This document shows positions 14,001-25,635 of a stretch of 64,000 nucleotides of DNA, piece by piece. Positions within the stretch are counted from its first letter, which is position 1. Each line of letters starts with the position of its first letter. Source of the stretch: Laetmonice hystrix (taxonomy: Eukaryota); NCBI GenBank assembly GCA_965235115.1, contig OZ249439.1, forward strand, positions 17,918,001 to 17,982,000, written 5' to 3'. Below the pieces are notes generated by a model. It was given only the letters and a program-made list of their open reading frames with translations. It searched no databases and had not been told where the DNA came from. Made by a program: the position numbers and the translations under genes.

Positions 14001-17000
14001 ATTCCAACAGCCCTCCCACTGGCACCATCAATACAACCGTGTGCAATGATGCAAACATCTAATTAGCAATGTTTGCTTATGCACGGTGCTTGGAGCACGC
14101 CACATGTAATTATGCAGGCTTGGTGGAAAATTGTACCAGGAGAGACCATTGTGCCCGGAGGCGGTCCTATATACAGCCACATCTACATCCTACAGGTGCT
14201 GCAACATCTTGTCTTCTAACTGCAGTCACCCTGCTGTACTAACGACAAAAACTGACCCACATTCTATCCTCCCCTGACGCCCTTCTCCCATCACTAGCCT
14301 GGTAGGAGAATACAAGCGTGTATCTATCTAGATCCGGGTCTGTAGGAGTTGTTACAGTTTGTGAGCAGTGTGCATGTTTCATGTTACATGTTCGCCCATC
14401 ACAACATCTGGACTTGCAACAAATTGCACTCAACCCCTTAAGGATCTTCGACCCTGGGCACTGGAGCACAGGTGCGTACAAATGATGAAGATCTGACCCC
14501 ATCTTAGCCTGCATGGCTGTGAAAAAACATCTGTTACCATGGCAACGACGTCAAAGATAGCGAACAATGGGAGACACCAGCTAGACCCCGTCTTGGCACA
14601 CTGCCTGACCTCTGGGGCACGACCTGTGTGACCTGTCCATCCGCCCCCGACACCTGACTGTCGTGCCGGTGGAGGGTTACCGTCACCGTGCCGGTGGCGC
14701 GGGTAGAGGGCTCGCTTTGTAACATTGTTAACACGGAACGCCAAGTGACGCCAAACAAAACATGTCCTACCTACCTGGAACTAACTATCACCGGCCAACG
14801 ACATCACACGACAGCTTTATTTATAAACCCCTTCAACTGGCCATATCTCAGCCTTTCCTTTACCTCTAAATATATGTCACTAATGCCGTGTATTTGATAC
14901 TGGGTGAACTAAATAACTTTACTGAAATTACAGATCTTTCTCTGTGTTAGCTTGTCAGGTTGTTAAACTTAAAACCGTTTTTACTGGAGATTTGAACGAA
15001 CGATGGTGGTGAAATATAACCCTTCACAACCGTCATGATTTCTTCGTCTAAATGAGTTAGAGCCTCGGTGAATATGAACTGCAGTAACAAGAGAGCTTGT
15101 CACTAATTTTTTTAGTCAGAAAGTCACTGAATATTTCCAAAATATCGTGACCCTTATCTTGGATTCCTGTTCTAATTCCGGCTCCTGAACGCTACCGGTG
15201 ACCTTTAGTTACTAAACACGGATAGTCTCCGGAATGCCAACTCAATAACCTGACCTACCAAAGAGGTCAAAGACAAACCCACCCCACCCCTTGAGGAACC
15301 CAGGCGTTGGTGGAGTGCAATCAGCAGGCGGGGCCAACGTTTTCTCTTCAGATCAGAAACCGAATTACCAGCCAGGGACCGTGATGGCGAGATGAAATGT
15401 GCATCCTTTGAGTGAGATAAATAAAGAATGTATAATGTCCATGTGCAATGATCCAAAAGGATGTGGCTCATCAGGCTGCAGTAGGAAATCGCTGGGCTGC
15501 ACTCTGTACCCTGATGATATGATTATCAAGGTGACCTGCTCCATGACCTAGTTACTGAACTCTACCGTCTCTCCTACACCAGAACAGAGTCACACCACGT
15601 GATGACCAATGGCCATACCACAGAACCATTGCACAGGTTGACCTAGTAAAACATTATTGGACCGATGCTATACATTTTGTGAAGTGAATCCCAAGAATGG
15701 CTTAACTTACTACGTATCTAGCCTAGATTTAAGGCTGGGTACGTTTGGTAGTCATGTTTAACTGAATTCTATCACATGCTTTGGCCAGCGAAATAAGGGT
15801 CAGTCTTAAAAAAAGAGAAAAGGCTAGAAAATTCTGACTTTCTGGGAACTGGAAATAGGCGTAAATCCCCGGATAAATCCTTGCATCCTGCCAGAAGAGT
15901 ATGTTACAAAGACTAGGGTTCTACTTGACATGCTATATCGTCTATCTCCTGACTGGGTGAGTCAGTGTTACATCAAGACGACAATTCATCATGTGACACC
16001 ACGGGAGTGTAATGTCCTACCTGTATTACATACTTACACTAACACCAGACTGAAAACTACTTCTACAACTGCCAGTGGTACCTTTCATCCTCCCCCAGGC
16101 TATCTGGGTATCTCTTTCTTAACACCCAACCTAAATCAATCTATGCATATATGTATGTAAAAATAACAACCTTAGAATGAGGGTAAGCAGATGCCACCCA
16201 GAGTCGGCGGTAACATCAAATACATGTCCCACTCTGCCCTTAACCATCATTGTATAGCCTGTAGCTATGGAAAAAAAACATGACTCATTCGTCCGTGACA
16301 CGACAGACAAGGTCGGGTCGTTGTTAATGCACGCCAACATACTGCCGTGATCGGAGAAGATGATGCTTGCAGCAGTCTACCCGTACAACATGTAGTAGGA
16401 CTGGTATATCTCATGATCATCGTCGTCATCATCACAGCTTCAGTAAGCTGACTGAAGCCATGCCACCTCAATCTAAGACCTTACCTCTAAGACTTGCCTG
16501 CACAGCTATCATTTATAGTTTGGATAAGGTGCTAGATAGTTTGGTCACCAAATTTAAAACTCCAGCAATTAAAGTTAGACAAGCACCAATAACGTTTTCC
16601 TCTGGATGCGAGGAAATAGACTATGCCTTTAAACATGTTACAACGAGAGATTAGAGATACACCCAAAACCATGTTTTCATCTACTTCACTTCGATCATCA
16701 CACAGGCTGAGAAAATGTGGGCCGACAGCTTGCCATCCCTGGCCATGGTCAGCCTGTCGGGCCTGGCCAGGGGACACTAACCACCATCAGCATAGTGCAC
16801 TCCATCTTCCTACCACATAGAGAACTCTATCAACATCTAATCAACTATTTATTCACTGCCAACATCTTCTATGCATTATGCAGGGGAGGCGTTGTGGGGG
16901 CGACAGGCCAGCATCATTGAGCACTACAAATCCTTCTTTACCAATACACAGGGGCAATTTATGGAGTCTAAATCGTTTTCTTCAATTTCTTTTTCATAAT

Positions 17001-19018
17001 TTTCATCTATTTATTTCCTCACGATTTAGTCATTGGCTCAGGAGCCAGGGCTGTATTACTCAAACATTACACAGAGACAGAGCCGGTCTAAAATTACATA
17101 GAACCCCTCAGAAGGGGTTGTGTTATTTCATGTAATGTTTGTGAATGACTGTGGCACTATCAATGCTAGAAATGTCTGCCATGGGAAGTTGCTACTCGAC
17201 CTAGCATGTGTGTTGGTCACGCGGATCCTGGCAGGACTGAACCCCATATCACCCTGACCGAGGCCGGCGTACCAAACGACCTCGCCATTAGTAGAGCTGG
17301 ATCTACCAGCCAAATGGTATACTGAGCCAGTTACATCGGATCAAATCTCTATTCTTAATGTCCGGGCTGCATGCTAGTTTCTAATCAGTCCAGGCCAGGC
17401 ATATCACTTGTGGACTGCTAACACACTGAAACTTTTCAAGCCTGAAAGGTTAGCTATATATTGATGAATGGACCACTTACCCTTGTAACAGTACATTGTA
17501 TACACTTAGTTGGTTTCTTTGTCTCTACAAGTAGAAGTTGTCTGAACGGAACTTTTTGTGCAACCATTTTACACAAATTTAAAGCGGTTCTGCACAAACT
17601 AAGCAAACTTAAAAGGAATACCTGACTCCCACCTTTCGGGGCTTCTGTAATATTGAGCATTACCCTTGGTCCCAACCTCCTCTAAAAAAATCCACCACAG
17701 AGGGTTGTGTCACAGGCAACAGACGTTTGACATCAATGACAGCTGCTATTATCATAAAATTTCTGAACTAGAAAGATCGTGGTCTTATGAAAAATTAACG
17801 TCACTGGAGTTGAGCTGACTGCATGTAAACATGAAAAAAAAACACTATTTTTCAGCTTATCCAAGGCAGATAATAAAATCCAACATTTTTATCATCTTGC
17901 TTTGCAACAACAATACGCAGACCGTTCTGTAATCTCTAGTAATGTACGATTAATGGTGTAAGCTTGCCTTACTCGTGCCTTATCAGCAATCAGTGCCGAC
18001 ACACAATCAGACCCTGGTCTGACAGGGGCTGGAGAGGATGCCAGACTATATCTCCTACTGTGCCATCACAGGAATCATTAGGAACTGTCGGCCACCTCCC
18101 TGACCTCTCCTGGACACATCCTCAAGTATCTGCCACCCCCAACCCCAGCCATCTTGGATCAAAGCCTCCTGGGCCGCAATACTGCACCAAGAGCGAGGCT
18201 GATTTGGCAGCCATTCGACTGGTCAAGTACGGCCAGGGGCACCAGCTGCCCCCGAGGGTAGGGTTCATGGGGTCAGGGGTCAGGTCAGTGTGCAGCCAGT
18301 GACCACAAAATGAGTCAGACCTAGCACTACCTCACTCCTCCGGACTTTCTGTTGTTTTCCCAGACAAATAAAGGCAAGCACAAAAAGAGTGCATTGGAAC
18401 TGTTAACATCTTTAAGAATCTTTCATCAAAGTCTGACAATTATTGGACTAAACAATGGATGATAACAACCCTAGTTTGATCTTTACATTTTCTGGAGATC
18501 AAACAAGCACCTAACCTGACCTAAAAATATAATCTTATCCAGCGCTACCTTAGCACTGTGGCAGTTTGTGTCAATGCCTCATCCAGGATTTCCCTACATT
18601 TCGTCCTTTCTTTCTGTGCCTGCAACCTTAATGACTACAAATAGTACCCCCAACGCGGCGACCTAATATGCCATGACTCCCAGCATCCATGCCATGCTAC
18701 CACTGATGACAGACGCTAAGTTCATCGGCCTCCTCTAATATTGGTGGAAATCACATGCCTGATGCCATTTCGGCGTCTCAGAAGTGTGCGCCCCAGCGGT
18801 TGTCGGGCACCTACTAATACCTGTAACAGTCCTTTCATCTTGTTACCCTATTTCCAAATTTAAACCACGTATTGTAAAACAATCACTACCTACACGGATA
18901 TAAATTTTGCGGAATACAGACGACATCGACTTCAATCAACCTTAATTTCACTCAGGAATGGGTGCCTGTCAGTGTGACCCTGCCAGACTGCACTGACTGC
19001 CACCCTGGAATACAGATG

Positions 19019-19051
19019 CCCCCCCCCCCCCCACCCCACCCCACCCCACCC
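19019..19051 (-). repeat. G-run / (GGGGT)n tract, potential G-quadruplex
   Basis: The + strand reads a long C-run followed by accccaccccaccccaccc. Confidence 0.7.
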
Positions 19052-21922
19052 CAAATTGCACTTCCTCACCCCGAAACTAGCTCCATCTGATCACCTGGTT
19101 AGGTCAACTCACCTACAGCCTGGTGATATTTCCAAAAGCTTCTACCAGAAAATTACAAGTAACTGACCCTTCCAGTTTGAGAGATCTTTATGCCAAGCTC
19201 CTGAATCAATTTCTCTATATGAGGAGGGGTCAGCAGCTGCCATGAAAATACACGCCAGAAATATGAACATTTCAGCAGTACAACTGATACCGTGTAGGAC
19301 AGGCAACATATTACTTTAACCAATTACTAAGAGTATAGATACTACTTCGAGGGAGAAAAAAGTACACGTATGTTCAGTTAAAGTATAAACTGATATTTGT
19401 ACCTTTTCCTAGTAAATTCCTACCCGTGGAATGAACCCTGGTAATCAATGAAAATAACCACGAGCAATCCATCTTGAGTACTCAAAGAGATGGGAATGCG
19501 TACAAAGAGTGTGTACAGTGATATCACAGCTCCGTGTGGTAAAACCTGCTTGCTGGGTCCATCCTCCCTGGCCTGGGAGTTATTTTTTCTCTTGATTTTG
19601 CCCTCAGTGGTCTTTCTAGTGCCAGGCATGGGTGAAAAAAATACTCATCTTCAAGCTGTAAGTGGAGTATGATTGTAGTCTGACAACCATTACATCTGAC
19701 TGAGTGTTATGTGTGGCCAGTGGAGGCAGAGGCTGAACATCCTGCCAAACTAAGCATTCTGTGTCAGTGGAACAGCTAGCATCAGGCCATAATGGTCAGA
19801 TACCTCAGGCGCTCTGACCCACTCTCTCAATCCAAGCAACCCTCCAGTCTCACAATATTACAAAATACACGATTATGCCAACAATTTAACGCGCCTATTT
19901 CTATTCTCATCAGGTGCAATGATAAAATGACATGAAACTTATAATCTATAATACCAAAAAAATCCACTCAGTTTAATAAGACAATTATGACAGGAAATGT
20001 GTCCTTCAGAATGATGAACCAGGAACCCAATTGAAACGTATTCATGACTGGACCAACGTTATTCAAAGAACTTCTCTTCTCATAGTCACAATATATGAGT
20101 TTTGGGGTTAAATCTGTGGGCAAATATATGGAGTTAGAGGAAAAGAGAAACCTAAATTTACAGACTTCAGCAGAAATCAACCTTTTTCTCCCTGGACATT
20201 TATTATCTATAAATTCTAAGTTGAAACTTGATTAACCGATCTACCTTGAAATCAATTAGTTTAATAGAGAGCTGTAACCTTGGATACACTTCCTGTTACC
20301 ATAGGTACCACCCACCCTGTCGGGAAGGGGTCCTTAGACCGAGCATTGGGGCTGCCAAGACACGCCCACTCTCCTTGAGTCGACAGGCCGGCGGCACTGC
20401 TCTCCAACAGCCACCGTTACACTGTAGCAGCTGCCTCCTGACCTTTCAGGGCAACTCTTTGCCAGTTTAAAATAGGAAATGCATAATTGGCTCCCCCCGT
20501 ACTATATACTTCCAAGACTTTAGAGGAGCCTTATACTGAAACACTAGGCCCTGTTCGGACCTGGTTAGAACTGCTGGACAGACCGCTCTTGTTGTGTGGA
20601 AGTAGAAATCTATATTTCTCAAAAGAAAAATGGAGATAAAACAGTTACTGCGCAGTTTTATTGTTACAAACTCGCAAAATCTGTTCAGAAGATTGTAAGT
20701 CGTCCAAGTCCAGCAATCCTGGCTAGATCTACCAGAGGTCCAATTAACTTCCACCTCAGCCTTTCTTTTCTTGTTGCTGGCAGCAGTACCATCTGATATA
20801 TAAAACTAACACTTTTACTGTTGGCTTATCTATGGGAGCAAGGAATTCTATACTTTGTTGGTGAGAAGCAATGCATTGGGGCAGGGGTCTGACGTTACCG
20901 TCACAAATCAAAGGGACACCTGCAAAACCATGGCCACAATGGGACCCAGAGTCACCCCACGCACCATTGGGAAACAAGAAAGCATGCCTCTATACCCAGT
21001 TCTGTATCACTTTCACTCTCCAAATAACAGGAAGAATCAAACTAAATCTATATTTGCATTTCAAGTTCGAAAGCTACAGACCTCTCAAAGTCAAAACCAG
21101 CAACATGGAAGACTACACATCTAGCTGCATGTTTAACTATGGTGGCAGCATGTATTCTGTATCTAATATCGGTGTTGGTACTACCAAGGCCTACCTTTTA
21201 AAATTGGTCACGAATTCCTAAAGTAGAATTGGTTTGTGAATTATGACTAGATACGGCACACCACACTTTATGTTGTTATAAAAATCATCAAACAAGAACT
21301 TCGTTTAAAGGTCTGCTATCTTACTGGGAGTTTATTCTCCATTTTCTTAACTGGTTATAACCAGATGTCCTGGAAATGGCTCCTGCAACTGCCTACCTTA
21401 TTGATCAGGAATCAAGGGCAGAGACCCTTGGGATGGAGGTGGTGAAAGGCCACTTGACGAATGGATGTCAGGGCCTAGGCCCTTGGGAGGTGGGAGGTGT
21501 GGCCAGATAAAAACTACAGTTAACCATTTGCTCCCCACCACAGCCAAATTGCTATAATTTATTGCCCCATTCCCATTTTGTTTACAATATACATTGTATT
21601 TAGTTGTTCACCCATTTCCCTCCATGATCGGTAATGAGTGAAATTGAAAATGAAAACTGTACCGGTACCGTACATGTATGTAAAAGTTACAGTGTGAAGA
21701 TCATACCTTCAGCTTTGATACATTTATCAAATAGGTAAATTTGCATGACAACAGTAACACTGTCAACCTTTCCATTTTTTAAAGCCTATAATCAAATAAT
21801 AGTACCTTTTTCCCTTTTTGCGACAATTTCAACCTCTGGGAAACTGTGTATATATGTAGTTCTATAAAACTGACGTGGTCCTTGGAGTAAGACATGCTCC
21901 TCTTGTCTTTACTGTACCATCC

Positions 21923-22040
21923 CCACTTCACCTGCCTAAGGATGTTAGGGAGAAACCTTCAAATGGTATGAAAACAATAACCACTTCACCTGCCTGAGGA
22001 TGTTAGGGAGAAACCTTCAAATGGTATGAAAACAATAACC
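21923..22040. repeat. 58-bp tandem duplication (2 copies)
   Basis: ccacttcacctgcct(a/g)aggatgttagggagaaaccttcaaatggtatgaaaacaataa at 21923 and 21981, with one substitution. Confidence 0.95.
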
Positions 22041-22395
22041 TCAAATTGCTAAGTGAATGAAATGCATCTTTCCTTAGCAGAATACCTGCTAGTTGCGCAG
22101 CAATAGGGAGGTTGTGCCGGGAGCTTACAAAATTTTACACTAGGTGGCGCGTCGAATACGGGTTTCCGGCACAGCTTGTTTGAAAAAATGCGGGGGTGCG
22201 CGGCAAATAGGTAGTGCACGGCTAAAGGGACATATCCACATGGTTTCTCCCCCCCCCCCCAACTCATCTTCTAAGATCACCTGCCAGCTTTATTAGGCAG
22301 GGCCTATCAGGCAGCCATGCCCCCCCCCCCAATATTTTCAGTGTTGCCTAACAATTATTCTACTTTACCAGGGAGAACCTTGGATCTGTTCGTCA

Positions 22396-22457
22396 AGCCC
22401 CCTCAATAATTCAATGGAAATTATCTAGCCCCCTCAATAATTTGATGGAAATTATGG
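22396..22457. repeat. 31-bp tandem duplication (2 copies)
   Basis: agccccctcaataatt(ca/tg)atggaaattat at 22396 and 22427. Confidence 0.9.
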
Positions 22458-22849
22458 GCCTGACAGTCTAGTATATATCGCCTAGCCCTGGGGCCTTCCC
22501 TTACTTAGTGACCCAATTTGTACCTGTGACTGTCTTTCAACATGAAACCTATTACCTTACACTTACTGTACCGGTAGTTACACTTACAGTAACACATACA
22601 AATACTGCAGTACGAGAACTATAACTGTGTAGATCGATGTGACCCACTCACTTCCTCCCATTTAACACTTACAGTTACACTCTGGTTGAAGCCTGCTCAT
22701 GGCTCAGTCAGGGTGACGATCAAATTCAACTTCATCTCAGTCGTACACTCAGACAATCTCTTGTGACTCAGTCTTATTTCTTCGAGACTAGTCTTAGTCT
22801 TACGAAAGATGGTCAATAAAATAAATATATGTACCGACTATCTAGCTTT

Positions 22850-23600
22850 TCACATTTCGTTCCATTCTATTTCCGATTTGTTACTATTTCCGCCACCATA
22901 TTTTAGGGCGAACGATCGCCCTCGATACCGCGAACACAGCAGGCTCCCCCGGCTGTCGTATGACGGTCCCCGTACCAAACCGCAAACGTACTTCTGCCGC
23001 CGCAACCCGTAGGTCTATACTAGATTAGGAGTGGACCCTATCTCTGACATAATACAGCATAGGCCTAGGATGTTCACCAACAACACAAACTATCTTTCGA
23101 CCCAAATTATATTTTACTGTACAGTAGCACTGAAAATCTCTCCTTCACTCTATCTCGAGAGCCGAGCGCTGTGGTACGGCCAGTGTAAACGGTGCAGGGC
23201 CGACTGTCGGAACATCCAGGGTTCTCAACCAGCGCTTGTCGGCCTACACATCAACATCGCTCAGTCGACGCGAACCCCTCGACCGGGCTGTTGTTTACAT
23301 CTCGATCTCTGAGCAACCGACGAGGATTTCACGACAAATACCTCATCGACACGATAATAGAGAGGAAGAGGTATTCGGAAATATATATTTTAAAATACTT
23401 TACCTTGTGGAGACACTGGCAGAATCGAGAATAGTAGGAGCAGAAAACGTAAATGTCCCAAACATTCCGCCATGCTTTACTCCCTGGAAAGTCACGTGGT
23501 TTCCGATGATACGGCATTGTGGGAAGGCCTACCCATCCACGCATCCTTGATGGTTTGGCGCCTCGGCCAAGGCGACAATCACCGAATCTACTGGAGCAGT
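22850..23600 (-). promoter_or_regulatory. CpG-rich promoter / first exon / first-intron region of the left gene
   Basis: CpG density is visibly higher than in the flanks, the region surrounds the signal-peptide exon, and there is a CACGTG E-box at ~23492. Confidence 0.55.
23404..23473 (-). CDS. First coding exon of a secreted or membrane protein (signal peptide)
   Basis: aaagcATGG (A at -3, G at +4) opens MAECLGHLRFLLLLFSILPVSPQ, which has a basic residue followed by a hydrophobic core. It ends at donor CAAG|gtaaag (phase 1) and lies in a CpG-rich region. Confidence 0.7.
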
Positions 23601-24324
23601 CTGAATTAAATTCGAACATCTCCAATTCCTTAATTCTTCTCTAAATGTACATTTGATTACATAAGAATAAATTCGTTGAGGGTTAACGACTGAATTTAGC
23701 TCAAGCCCATGAGATCTGTAGGCTATGAAATTGAAAAGGCCGAGGTCGGTACTGCCTACTGCCTTAGTACTGGTACTGTGCGTCTGTGGTAGTGGTAGGC
23801 CTACTGGCTAACCTAGGCTAGGCTTAGGCCTAGGGCCTACAAAGCGGCTAGGCCCAGCCCCAGGCAGATATTGAATGATAGAATTAAAGAAAGGGACAGC
23901 TGAGGTTAGGCCCTAGATCTATACCTGCATCTATAGGATGATCAACCCTTAGCCCATAGGCCTACGGGCCAAATAAATAAAATGTTGATGTTGTCCCGAA
24001 AGGGCTCGATCAGAGAGGGTGCTCTTTTAGGCATTTGAGCACTAGCCTATATTAATCTATCGGCCTAATTGGGCATATGGCCTAAGGAAGGATTAGATCT
24101 AATTAGGCCTAATACTAGTAATAGGATGAGGAGCGAGGCCTGTCGCTAGCAGGCGGCAGGCCAAGGTTCCGACAGGCATCATGTGTCTTTAAATTTATGT
24201 TAAAAAGGACACTTTTCAAAATTAAGCGTGCTAGCTTAGGCCTAGATGGTTGATTAGCAGAGCCGTGAATTTGGAGGGGACATTATAGGAAAAGTCCAAG
24301 TCTAGAGCTGGTGCGAAGACAGAC

Positions 24325-24400
24325 GTGTGTCGCCACCTGTCGTTTTATAGCGGAACCAGGAAGTGCGCAGCCGGCCCAACTATCGATCTAGCCTACATCG
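24325..24400. promoter_or_regulatory. Promoter/enhancer-like CpG patch with an ETS site
   Basis: CCAGGAAGTG at 24356-24365 next to a CTCF-like cgccacctgtcg at ~24331, about 0.9 kb upstream of the ATG at 23473. Confidence 0.35.
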
Positions 24401-24642
24401 ATGGGCCCCAAAAGTGGGACAGACAGCCGTAATAAATATCCCTCTTTTTATGTCAGCATTTGCTTGTCCCCACTTTCCCCCTTTGGATTTTCCCTTGTCG
24501 CGATCTCCGTAACTTTTTCTCAGAAATGAACTCTTGAGTCAAAAGACGCTCACTGGATGACCACTCTAGCCCCAGACTCTGATTTCTCCGTTTACCTGAC
24601 CTGTGTGGAAGGATGTGGATGACCTGACAAATAATGCGGTCC

Positions 24643-24654
24643 CCACTAGGTGGC
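24643..24654 (+). promoter_or_regulatory. CTCF-like core motif
   Basis: CCACTAGGTGGC matches CC[AG]C[CT]AG[AG][GT]GGC exactly. Confidence 0.5.
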
Positions 24655-25106
24655 AAATAGAGTTCTTACTTAAACCACCAGAGGGACATGGGTAGGCCTA
24701 GATCACGGAAGGGCAAGAGACATACGCCCTGAGGCTGAATAATAACGTTGGTGCGGTTGGGATCAGTTGCCCCCCCCCCCCCCCTAAATATGGAAGGTGT
24801 TTTTGACAGGCAGGTACGGTACCCTTATAAATTGACGGCGTTCTGCTGTAATACGAAGCACCCCTCAGAACCTCGAGCTACCCCCCTATAGCCTATGAAT
24901 GCATCAAAGTCGTATTTTGGCCATTTGTACATTCCCAGAAAAACTGGCCCATATAGGCCTATAGTATAGGCCTATATAGCCCTAGGCCTATAAGCCTAGC
25001 TGTTCCGATATAAATTTGAACTTAGGCTATGTGAAGCGTTTACGCCTATGTTTGTTTTTTTTTGTTCTTTGAAATATCGTAATAGGCTAGGCCTATTCAT
25101 AGTTAA

Positions 25107-25635
25107 AGGGGCATACTATGAAACACGTTTTTGAGGATTTCCGGCAATTATCCAACATGACCGTGTACTAGGGATCCAAGTAAATAATCCTACCACAGCA
25201 TTTTGTCCTCCGACGTGTTTTCGCTGCGTGTGCAGCACAAGTAGGTTCTATACGACCAAACCTATAGATTTCTCCCGATAGCACATCTCCCGCCATAATT
25301 TGGCGGACAACCTCCCATCAACCCGTGTAATTGCATACTGTGTCACATCCTGTGTGTGCACTCTCTGCATGTGCTTAGTCAAGTGCTTTGCTTAGTTGTA
25401 AACAATTCAGCAGTGGCACTTGATCGCCCGGCATGAGAATGCCACCCAAAAAAATATTTTACGAAATCGGCAGAGAAGCGGGCAAAGGAGCTTAATAAAC
25501 TTCGATTTCTCACGCAAAATGAAACTGATAAGTCTGTCTTTGTTTATCAAGCAATTGTAATGAAGGATCTCTTTATGAAAACAGCAAAAGTTCTATGAAA
25601 TACCGATTTTTAACGTTTCCTCATAATATGCCCCT
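25107..25635. mobile_element. Non-autonomous DNA transposon (MITE), Kolobok-like
   Basis: TTAA|AGGGGCATACTATGA ... TCATAATATGCCCCT|TTAA: 15-bp terminal inverted repeats (14/15 match), TTAA on both sides (25103-06 and 25636-39), 529 bp, no ORF. A TTAA TSD with purine-purine termini fits Kolobok; piggyBac ends start with CC. Confidence 0.8.

Noticed and set aside
21923-22040. Direct repeats considered as a CRISPR-like array
   Set aside because: Two head-to-tail copies with no spacer, in a eukaryotic context: a simple tandem duplication.
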